Source: Chlorokybus atmophyticus (taxonomy: Eukaryota; Plantae; Mesostigma and Chlorokybus algae). Taken from it: a DNA stretch of 64,000 nt. The notes under the pieces were generated by a model. It had not been told where the DNA came from and did not search any database. It worked only from the letters and a program-made list of their open reading frames with translations. Location of the stretch: NCBI GenBank assembly GCA_009103225.1, contig RHPI01003516.1, positions 181,942 through 245,941 of the forward strand. Direction: 5' to 3'. Below are positions 34,379-45,389 of the stretch, piece by piece (the stretch's first letter is position 1; each line of letters begins with the position of its first letter). A program made the position numbers and the translations under genes.

Positions 34379-35815
34379 TTAATAGAACATCCTTTCGCCG
34401 GACGCAAACGTGACAAACACCCCCGCACTTGCCACTCCAAGCACCGCGGGGACCGCGAAGACGCCGAACCAATACCCCGCAGTACCCTCTGAATCAACAT
34501 CAGAAGCATTGCTGGCTGCGAGCATGAAGCCCGCGAGTGCGACGCCGATGACGCCCGCGAGCGTGCCGGGAGTGTTGGACTGCGCTAACAACACGCCAGC
34601 CTGGCGTGGGGCGATGTCCATGTGGTTGACGGAGAAGCCGCCTCGTGCCAACGCGCACATGGCGAGTGCCACCGTCGCATACGCCACTGCTGTACCAATA
34701 GTTGTAGCCGTGGGCATCAACAACAGCGCTGCTGCGGATGCAACGAACCTGATTGTGTTGAGGAGCTTGCGCGTGTAACCCACGTTGTAGTTGTTTGTGC
34801 ACGTTGAGGTGATCCGCCACCACGCCGCCCACGTTGGAGAACACGAACATCATGAAGTAAGGCAACATCTTGAAGGGACCCACCGAAGCCAGCCGCGCAT
34901 GCAAGCCTTGCTCAAAATAGGGTGGCATCCAGCTCATGAGCATGTAGAACGTGTAGTGGAACACAAATCTATTGATGATGATGGCCCACACTGGTGGACT
35001 CGACAGCAGGCGGCTCCACGGGTTGGTTGCTTGCGGCCGTTTGCGCGTCTTCCGGCCTCATTGTCCAACATGTTGTTGTTGCCGCTGGCGTGGGCGTGGC
35101 CGTTCTCTTGTTCAGGTCGATGGAAGAAGACTTTAGGCCCGTCTGCTGCAACGTCACGGAGTCAGCACCCGCCGGCTCCGTGCTCATGCGAATCCACAAC
35201 AACACCCAACATATGCCCGCCAGTCCCACCACACCAACGGTGGCCAATACCAAAGGTGGCCAATACCAAAGGTGGCCAACACATCTAAGAGTGTCAACAC
35301 ACGCACTCCGTATGACTGCGTGGCCCACAAAGAGTAGCACTTGGACAATGATATACACAGGTCTGACTGATTGACTGCTTGAAATTGCTTCAGTTGATGG
35401 AAGAACAGCAAGAGAGTGAGAGAGGCACAACTCTACATAGCATAGGAGTGGGGTGTTACAGTATCCAAGATGGAGAGAATGTGAGGGGGGACACGACAAC
35501 ATGAAGTACATGAGTTGCTTACTTGATAATACGAGCATGGATATCGCCGACCCCAAATACATCCCCGACGTGGTTAGCGACACCGCTCTCGACCTTTCGT
35601 GCGCCGGTATCCACGCCGCGAGGACGGTGTATAGTGCCGGAAAGATGACTCCCTGCGCTTTCCCACGTCACCACGCGCGGCCACCATCACCGCCACGCCA
35701 GCGCCGGACACGCGCGTCGGCATGAGGAGGGAAGCTAGGGTCCATAAGGCGAAGGAAGGGATGAGGACGCGACGGCCGCCGTACTTGGCAGCGGCCTAAC
35801 CGCCAGGAATCTGGG
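34379..35815 (-). pseudogene. PHT4;6: PHT4;6/ANTR-like MFS anion/phosphate transporter pseudogene, N-terminus missing
   Basis: IPGG(W>stop)AAAKYGGRRVL, WIPAHERSRAVSLTTSGMYLGSA, LPYFMMFVFSNVGGVVADHL, RGGFSVNHMDIAPRQAG..SNTPGTLAGVIGV; stop at 35796-35798 and at least two frameshifts. Confidence 0.82.
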
Positions 35816-35859
35816 GTTGGGGCAGTCAATTAGAGATGACACAGGACTGCAGCTCGTCA

Positions 35860-35945
35860 TGTGGTAGCAACAGCAACGGCAACAGCACAACAACAACAAC
35901 AACAACAAGCAACCAGCAACAAAAACAAAAACGACGACAACAGCA
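35860..35945. repeat. (CAA/CAG)n-rich microsatellite
   Basis: Seen directly. Confidence 0.85.
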
Positions 35946-37529
35946 GGATGTAAGCGCATGAATTGCATGTGCTTGCGTGACATACAAAGGACAACTGGTC
36001 GCTGTAGTTACAAAATGGTGTGTGTCTAACATTGACGCACACTCCGATGTACAAGAATAAACACACGCACGCATGCACGCGTCTGTTCTGTTGTGGAGAG
36101 ACAAGCACGTACAGAGTGTACACGTGCAGGATTATCTTGCGCGTTGGTACCGTAAGTGTTGAAGATTTGGTGAATGCGCGAATGGGGTCCTGCTCAAGTC
36201 AACTGTGTCATTGTACAACACGCCCTGTGCGAGGGTCACACACGTGACGCTTTGCCGCAAAGTATGTGACACTGTCACAGTGACAGTATCCATTTAAGGC
36301 GCACCACATGTGGTGCATTGACAAGACAACCTGTGTGCAGCATGCGATCTGACATGACGACCCGCACAGGTATTGGCAAGGTATGTATCGCGTTTTGCAT
36401 CCGATTGGAAATGCACGCTGTGCATCTGCATGTTAGCTAACGTTACCGGCGACGCACACGTGAGGTGTTGCGTGCCATGCAGGAACGAAAACCACACCCA
36501 CACATCCACCCCTAGCAGCATCACCTGCGTCTTGCAGAAACAACAGCAGCCAACGCCACAGCGCAAGATAGGAGGGAAGAGGAGGAGGCCGCCCGCAAAC
36601 ATACATACGCTCCTCCGCCGCCATCGCCGCCCAACGCCGCTCAGCCAAGCCAAGCAACTTGTGGATTGGTGTTGACAGAATGCAATATTAGATCGCCCAT
36701 GCATGGACGCCCGGGTGCACAACCTCACTTCATCCTCTCGAGCACAGTCTGTCTGCTGGTTGTGACCGCTGCGGTGGCGGCGGCAAGGCTTGGGTGGCAG
36801 CGGCGGCCGGCTTTGGGGGTTGTGACGTGTGCTGTGGGTAAGCAACCCACACTAGCTGAGCGCGCCTGTCTTGGGCATGCGCGGTGAGGCTGTGTGTGTG
36901 GGTTTGCAAACCCTAGCCCTAGTTGACGTCTACGCCTCTCACGCCAGAAAGCGTCGGGGTGGGCTGCTGCTGGTTGATGTGGCGGAGGCGGTGGTGAGGG
37001 TACTCGGCTAGGGGAGTTGGATTGGAGTTCATGCGGTGCAGTGTTCCGCAACCCGCGGAGGAGGAGGCAGCGGCATAGCGGCAGAGCAGAGCGGTTGGTC
37101 TCTCTCCTTCCCCTCCCGCCCCCCCCCCCCGCACACATTGCNNNNNNNNNNNCCCCCCGAGCGTGCACTGCACACATTCACGCACATTCACACATTGCGC
37201 AACTTCCCAAACGTGCACTGCGCACGCACGCTCACACACACGATGTCTCTACTGCCCAAATCGTGCACTGCATTGCACACACTCACATCCTGTCTACGAA
37301 CTCTGTCCCTACGAGTATGCACTGCGCGCACGCACGCACGCACATTCAATCACACACACTCTGTCTATGAAATACTTCCCCAAGAGCATCGCCCACGCTA
37401 TACCTCAGGCCGTGCAATGCACATGTGCATGCACATGCGCGCGCATGCATGCACGCAGGCTTGAAACGCCACATGTACACAATTCTGTCCCCGTTGGTCA
37501 CTGTGTTCTTGACATCTATCCCTCAACAG

Positions 37530-37656
37530 GCCACAAGCCTTGTGGAAATGACATGCCTGAAGGGTCCGCAGCTAAGGTGAGCGCGCAGCTGATCCGGGCA
37601 ACGTCAACCCTCTTACGCCAGCCAGTGCGGGCTGCTCAAAGTGGTGAGTGTAATCA

Positions 37657-37716
<60 letters not shown>

Positions 37717-40301
37717 CACTNGTCTGCCTCTCCACTCCAAACCATGCGCAGCATGCACGTGCGCACGCATGCAGATGCACACATGTGCACTCACTCACAC
37801 TCCGCCTCTCCTCAACGACGCGCGCACTGCACTTACGCACGCACGCACAAACTCTGTCTACCAACTCTCTTCCAAGCGCACGCACATGCATGCACGCACA
37901 TGCATGCATGCACGCACACACGCACATTCCATCACATACAATCTGTCGCTCCTCCTACACACTCTGTCTACCAACTCTTTTACAGGAGCATCATACTATG
38001 CTTGCACGCACGCACGCACGCACGCACACACACTCTACTCTGAGAGAGAGATCATGCGTTGCACAAATGCATGCCCGCACGCATGCACACTTACTGACAC
38101 TTGTGTCCTAGTTTGTTACCAACGTCTACGTCTCTTAACAGGCTGCGCATTGCTAAGCAACATGCCTGAGGGTCCAGAAGCTACTGCAATAGCGCGCAAG
38201 ATTTGCGACCACCTCACGCCTCAAAGCCACATTGTTAGAGCGTACCGGCCGCAACGAGAGAAGCCGGCTGAACAAGGTGGGTTGGCAGCATCATACTTGT
38301 CAGCATTATGCCTCCTGCTATTTATTTTATGCTCAAATGATGTAAACCAATCTTTGTTGCAGGCCAGAGAAGTGGCATTCTGTACGAGGTTACAAAAACC
38401 GGATCAGTGGTAAAGCAGCCCGACGTGGCTACCGCGCTTGGCTGGCATGGTGAAACCGGAACACCGCGGCCTGTCTTAACTTGTTACAAATCAGCGAAAA
38501 GTGTGTATTTGTTGTTCTTAGTCTCCATTACGCAGGCACTTGTTCTTCAAGTGCATCCCGCTACCGGTGGGTGTAATGCACATGCTGTCTGTGTTGTATT
38601 GTTGTTCATTGTTGTTCATCTCACTAATGATCGGTTGACACAGGTGCTGCACTCGACACATATGACAATATTGACACCTACCCCTGCGGATATTATGGAG
38701 AGCACAATGTATGCTCTCGCATGTCATTGGTGTTGGAGCTGACTAACGCAAAGTGCAAGTACCTCGTTTTGCTTGACTGCACTGGACACGTCAACATCGC
38801 TTTCTGGCAGACACACCACATTAGTTGGCCGCTCTCTCAGACTCCTATGGAGTGCGGGCGCAAGGTCGATAGGCTGACAGTGCTTGCTCTGCCACAAGTG
38901 TTGTCACATCTGGCAAACTGGGGACCTGACATGCAGGTAATCAATAGTGGTGTGACAAGAATTGTGGTGTGACAATTGACACCCGTAACAATTGTATGTT
39001 GACAGTTGACTGCAATGTGCCTTTGAACCACTATCTGAAACAGGTAGCAAACGAGGCATGGAGAGAGAATCTGAGGCAGAAGCTTTCGGAGTTCAATGCA
39101 AAAGAACGAAAGATTCGTTTGCCGCGCTTGTTGTACGACAAAGACCTGTTCGCCGGTAATGGGCGTAAGAATGTCAGCGAGCAGTTATTCATTATCTATA
39201 AGGAGTTTGGGTATGCTCCCCGTTTCTACAAGTTTCACATCAATTGCATGCTTGCACACACTTGCGAATATTACCGTATGTATCGTGCATATTCACATTG
39301 CTTGTTCCTGATGCAGGCCCTTAGCATGCTGGGCTACAGCTGATGACATCATGTTGGGCACCTTCTACCGCAATGAGAGACGCTTTGATGTGGACGCCCT
39401 CATTGAAATTATCACTCAGTGGCTTTATGATTCAGAAAAGTTCAGCAACTTCACGACCGCAACGCACAGTTTCCCTGACGAACAAAAGTAAGCTTACGAT
39501 AGTGGATTTCTTATTACATTATCCTGTTCACATTGAACATACTGTAATATGATGCGGGTATGGCAGGTTCAATCGGGATTTCTTATTCTGCCATCGAACT
39601 GAAGAGAATGACGACTTCACGAACATCACATATGGAAAAACGGTGCGCTTGACATCCCATAACCCACGGTTTGTCGAGTGCACTTTGAATGTCTCTTTGA
39701 TGTACACTCGCACAGGTTGACACTAAGAACACTGGCATGAGAGTGCACAAAGATGTTTGTCGCGCCGTGGCTACCATCGAAACGCAAGAGACGCGGCTCA
39801 AATCGGGTACATTATCAAGAACCGAGGCTTGGTGCTTTGCAGGAGGCGACGGGTTTATGTATTACATGAAAAAGGATCAGGAGGCATGGCGTGACCCTGC
39901 TTATGATAGAGGCACACTTCGCATTGGTTNNNNNNNNNNNNNNNNNNNNNNNNNNNNNNNNNNNNNNNNNNNNNNNNNNNNNNNNNNNNNNNNNNNNNNN
40001 NNNNNNNNNNNNNNNNNNNNNNNNNNNNNNNNNNNNNNNNNNNNNNNNNNNNNNNNNNNNNNNNNNNNNNNNNNNNNNNNNNNNNNNNNNNNNNNNNNNN
40101 NNNNNNNNNNNNNNNNNNNNNNNNNNNNNNNNNNNNNNNNNNNNNNNNNNNNNNNNNNNNNNNNNNNNNNNNNNNNNNNNNNNNNNNNNNNNNNNNNNNN
40201 NNNNNNNNNNNNNNNNNNNNNNNNNNNNNNNNNNNNNNNNNNNNNNNNNNNNNNNNNNNNNNNNNNNNNNNNNNNNNNNNNNNNNNNNNNNNNNNNNNNN
40301 N

Positions 40302-40372
<71 letters not shown>

Positions 40373-42690
40373 TCCCTCCCTCCCTCCCTCCCTCCCTCCC
40401 TCCCTGCACCGGTTGATGCGCAGGTCCATTCTCGTGGCACAGCAAAGCCACTTTTGTGCACCTAGCAGCGGCTAATGCGCTTGTGTGGGGGACGGATCAG
40501 AAAAGCATCGTTGAAAAGAAGGACGACGCGACGCGCAACATATCCTGCTACTGCAAAAGAGAATTGGCCGAGGAGTATGCACGACAGCTGAGCCCAGACC
40601 GTGTTTCTGGTGTGCATGGACTTGATCGCCTACCGCCACCTGAGGTAAACAATACAGTACACATGCCCTTACACTTGCAAGCGGACGCACGAAGGCCTTT
40701 AAACTTCTTAAACGCATGCAGAGGACAGAAACGGTCGGTACGAGCTTGAAAGGCGCAAAAAATAAGGCCAAGAACGATGCGCGCACAGTGGTACGCACTC
40801 ATCAACACATGCATTCGCAATCACTTGATTTGTCGCACGCGCGTGTGCGCACGCACATGCGCGCGTGCGTGCACTCGTATAAACACATGTGCTTGTCCAC
40901 CTAAGCAGAAGACAGAAACCGATGGTACGAGCTCAACAAGAGCCAAAAACAAGGCCAAGAAAGCTGCGCGCACAGTGGTACGCTCTCATCAACACACATG
41001 CACGCGCAACCACACAAGTTGTTGCACGGGCGTGTGCGCACACACATGCGCGCGTGCGCTCATTTAGACACACGTGCTTGTCCACCTAAGTACTCCACCT
41101 ACTTGAGGGGCAAGTTAATAAGCAACAGCTGGTGCAAGCACTCAGGCGAATGCAGCTAAGCGTAGTGTGGTACGCACCTGTAAGCACGCATACACACGTA
41201 CAAGCATGCACACATTAACGCACGCCGACATAGTTGAGCACGTGCTGCGCGTGCACTTCTGTGATTAGCAGCATCGCACGCAGGCACTGACACCTTATCA
41301 AATTCTGCAGATGGTCAAGGCCGTCAGCAAGAGCGCTACAGGGAAGGCCAAGACGGCTCGTCCATTGGTACGCACTCGTATGCCCACGCAACCACTTCTG
41401 TTACCGCACGCTCGTGTGCACACGCGGTCATATCCAACAGTCAGGAGTGCACACACACTGTGTGTGGCATGCTTGCATGCACACACAAGCGGTTAAACTG
41501 TGCACGCAAGCGTGCGCACGCCAAAACTCACTCATAATGAAAAGGTGTGCACATGTGCATGCAAGCACGCACAACCATCTAAATTGGCACCTTAGCAGGC
41601 GTCAACCATTCGTAAGTCATCTGCCAAAGGCACCCAAGCAACAAGATCTACCATAAGAGCTGAGGCGTCCAGTTCCACTACCACTAGCGAGATGCTTGCC
41701 GCTATGGCACAAGCAGTTAGCCAATCCGATGAGGACGACGCAATCCCGGCGGCAACGACGACTGTGACAGCAGCGGTACAAGCGGCGAAAGTAAAGGCAG
41801 GCAACCTCGCAAACCTTGTCCAGTGCATCAAATGCCGTCATTGGGTTCATGGCGATTGCTGGAATCTCAAACCCATTCATGGTGAAGGTAAGTGTTGATA
41901 GCTTCTGTTGTCGTACGCTATCCGTCCCATGTTGTACATAACATAACGTGCAACAGGTACCGATTTCAATTGTCTGATAGTCGACACATGGGAGAAGCGT
42001 AACTTTGTATGTGGGAGAACCGAAGAATGCAACTTGAAGGTGATGGTTGTTGTGGTCCTCCCACTTAGCTGTATCTGTACTACCACGCACATAACATGTG
42101 TTGGGGTGTAGCGCATTCTCCTAATTAGGTTACGTAACTGTTTCAACACGATTAGAGTTTGTTATGCGGCACAACCAAACTTGCTTGACACTTGTGAGTT
42201 TGCCGTTCAGCAAAACGAGGCATGTTCAAGGTCGCTATTGGCTACGTGTCAAGTCAACAAGCACAGGAATGCAATGCAAGCGATGGTATGCTATACGCAC
42301 GCACGCACGCATGCATGCACGAGGAAGACAGCAATAACGGTGTTACTGCATTGTGCGCAGGGGCAGGAGGTGCTTGCGTCCACGAGTGCACAGGTTGCAG
42401 GCAGCGACCAGGCAAAGCAAGTGCGTCACTTTTGCATTAAGTCAAGGTGGTTGCATTGAATGTAGTGAATGATGTTGATAATGAGTACACTGCAGAACAA
42501 GCGGAAGAGAGAAAGGACGGAAAGGCACTGGGTTGCTAAACGCCGCGCTGAAATGGAGAGGGGTGTGTATGGTGTCGGCGTTAAGGTATATGTATTGCGA
42601 TGCAACAGGTATGCATATGTTGAATAGCAAGGAGATTCCTGAAGCTTTGCCACACCCAGCTGCACAAAGACCAAGCGCAAGAAAGGTGAG
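37530..42690 (+). CDS. Multi-exon gene, putative 2OG-Fe(II) dioxygenase (TET/JBP- or AlkB-like) with Lys/Ala-rich linker and C-terminal PHD/CW-like Zn finger; 5' end uncertain
   Basis: Many short GT-AG exons that splice in frame without stops: FTNITYGKT|VDTKNTGMRVHKD (HxD at 39746-39754), RGTLRIG|PFSWHS (His 40438-40440), TRNISCYCKREL (Arg 40534-40536), LVQCIKCRHWVHGDC..FNC..FVCGRTEEC. Gene is well supported; the family call is tentative. Confidence 0.5.
37661..37711. repeat. (CT)n microsatellite
   Basis: Seen directly; further (CT)n tracts at 40302-40404 and 55558-55638 border assembly gaps. Confidence 0.95.
39930..40301. other. Assembly gap (N-run) inside an intron of the dioxygenase-like gene
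   Basis: N-run; could hide an exon. Confidence 1.
40720..41090 (+). repeat. Tandem duplication of a ~185-bp exon+intron unit
   Basis: TETVGTSLKGAKNKAKNDARTV|GTACGC...CACCTAAG repeated as TETDGTSSTRAKNKAKKAARTV|GTACGC...CACCTAAG. Confidence 0.85.
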
Positions 42691-43634
42691 GTGCTGCGTC
42701 GAGAGAAGGTGATTCGCGACCTTCAAGATGTCGCATTACGGCAGTAGGACATGCACCTACATTGCAGCTCCTGTTGTGCGCCATTGCCAAGCTCCCACCA
42801 AGGTTGCCTTGACGCTGCCTCGCACAAATCGCTTGCATTCCCAGCACGTGTGCCACGCCCTCGAGCACCAGGATATTGCCAGCAGGTAGCACAAGGTGTC
42901 CTTCAACAGCAAGAAGCATATGGGTAGGTGACTACCACTTGTAACACATGCCCACCTGCTGTTTGATTTCCTTGCTTGGTAAGGTTGGCTTCTCTCTCCG
43001 ACAACTAGTTGGTCTTGTGCCAGGGCAGAAACTGAAGACGACCTTGACCTGCCTGAGTCGAGCCTGCAATGCACGCGATTGTTCGTGCGAAAAACTTTGT
43101 CAATCAGCTCCACCATGTCGTTGTCGACCAGTAGGTTGCTGGGATGCACTGACTTTGTCTTTCAGCCGCGAGCTGCTCCGGCTTTCCCTTGGTGGAGCAG
43201 CAGCAGCTCCCGCTGGACACTGTGTGCAGCCTGTTTCTCACACTAGCCACATGGAGTTACTCTCAGCTGCAATACGGGTCGCCCTCCTATTGGTTTCTGT
43301 CACCCTCCCGCCCACAAGTGTTGTGCCACAGTATCTGTGGGCGGGAGGGAGCCCAAATTCAACGGCTGCTTCCCTGCTCATGCCAGGCTGGGGCCTTGAT
43401 GGCGAGGAGGTGCTGCTGGAACCAGAACTGTAGTCGTAGTCCACTTGATCAAAGCGGAAGTGTACTCGCCTATACTCCTTGTGCCGCAAGCAAGGTGGTG
43501 CGGGCGGTGAGCGGATGTCCTTAACTGATTTGACGGGTTTCGCGGGGACTTGTTCACCAGACCTGTACAGGCCGATCCCATCCTTGATAATGCGCGGCTA
43601 GGTGGTCGCGCTTGGAGTGCGGCAGCAAGGTGCA

Positions 43635-44760
43635 CTCTTTGACCACCATGCTGTAGCGCTCTCGACACAGCCAACCCGAGCATATCAAAGTCCTTGTGCA
43701 GTCTTATGCATGCTACACCAGTCTCAAGCGCCATATTTTGATATACATCGCATTGTTGCAATGGCCTCTGACCTGACATAACTCTCTCCATATCTTTCGC
43801 ATAATGGTTGTCATAGTCACAGACACAATGGCAACTGGCACAAAATTTGTTATACTTACAGGCGCTATGACACAGAACATTAGCCAAAGCCTATGACTGA
43901 TTACGCAAGCGCCTATGACTCATGTCTGTCCCGGAGGGCCTGTGCCTCACCGTACTTGCACTGCATACGCACGATGCCAGTGGTTGAGGGCCATCGCGTC
44001 GTCGGAGTCGTTGAGCCCCAGTCCGCTTCGCATGTCAGTCTTTGTAGCGGAGCGTATGTGCGTAAACACGTGCATTGTTGCCGTGGTCAGCACATGTATG
44101 TGCAAGTTGGTTCCTGTGCCAGGTACAGCACGTATGGCAGTCAGTCTGTAAGATGTGTTGATGTATCTGCATATGCGTGAACTTGTAAATCTGTGTATGC
44201 CAATTAGAGCAGCTGTGCGGATCGTGCATGTGTGTCGGGCTCTTACCCTGATAATGTTAGAGGCAACCATACCCAGCAGCGCCAATATGCTTCACCCGCG
44301 TACTTCTTTGGTGCACATAACAGTGAGACAACAGAAGAATTGGGCATGCGGCATTTACGGCAATACTGGCAACGACGCCAAGCCGCTGTACTTGCTTCCG
44401 TTCTGCTCCTGCTAATGCTGCAAGTCCACTGGCAGATTTGACGTTCAAGCACACTTGTTGTGTCCTCCTCTTCCTCCTCCTGCTGCAGCAGAACAGCAAC
44501 AACCGCAGGAGCCAACTTACTGATACATTCGACAGCGCCGCCAAGCTGCCGCACCGGCTCAGGTCCAGCTTTTGCATAGCAGGAAGATTGATCAAGGATC
44601 CTGGCAGCACCGCCAAACTGTCGCACTGGCTGGAGGTCCAGCTCTTGCAGAACAGCGAGCTTGCCGAAGAACTCTGGCAGCGCCACCAGCCTGCAGGCCG
44701 TGTGTCGTTTCAAGCATGCCAAGCAACAACAGGGTGCTCACCCTTTCTACCTGTAGGTCA
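43635..44760 (-). pseudogene. Decayed LRR fragment followed by a TPR remnant; paralogous to 59630-61010
   Basis: LVALPEFFGKLAVLQELDL, LPAMQKLDLSRCGSLAALS and PAVVAVLLQQEEEEE; 3' remnant LGLNDSDDAMALNH..CKYGEAQAL (~43925-44020). Confidence 0.75.
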
Positions 44761-45389
44761 GGCAGAGGAGGCCTGTGAGACAACGGTGCTGTCAGACAGT
44801 GTGTAACATAACAAGGGGCAAAACATCACCACCAATCTTGGCGTCTTATCAATGGTTTCACACAGCGACTGAAGGGGAATCCCCTGAGTATTACTGAGTA
44901 CTACTCCGCCGCTATACCTCATCTCTCACACCATTCCGTGTACAAGACGACCCTTGCGCAAATGTAAGCAGTAGCTGTTTAGTGAGAGAGGCTGTCTGTC
45001 ACATAAGAGGCTGTGCACCGTCCCTCTCGCGCTCTGCTGTCTGCTGCGTGCGCATGCGCATGCATGTGTGCGCTTGCTTGCGCATGCAATCTCGGAGATA
45101 ACTATCACCTGGATTGACTCCCTCACTGTGCAGGCAAGTGCGACAGACTCTCACGACAGTGCCGCAGGTGTGCTTTTAAGCGTGTGTGAAACACTGACTG
45201 GCACTTTCTCCAAACCTTTAACACGACGTACACCATTGTCAAGACGGTGGTACAACCCCGTTCGCAACGTCCCTGAGCCCCAGGGGAGGGGAGCTCCACA
45301 AGTCGGTGTGACAACCGTCCCGTGGCCGCTCTACACCAAGCTCAGCACCAACAGTAGCAACGGTCTCACGCGGGGAGGCCCACATCACC

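Noticed and set aside
36908-36922. AAACCCTAGCCCTAG telomere/telo-box-like motif
   Set aside because: Too short and imperfect to call an interstitial telomere; promoter role unproven because the downstream gene start is uncertain.
42750-43520. Minus-strand ORF pieces including HPSNLLVDND (kinase-loop-like)
   Set aside because: No other kinase motifs (GxGxxG, DFG, APE) found in a consistent frame.
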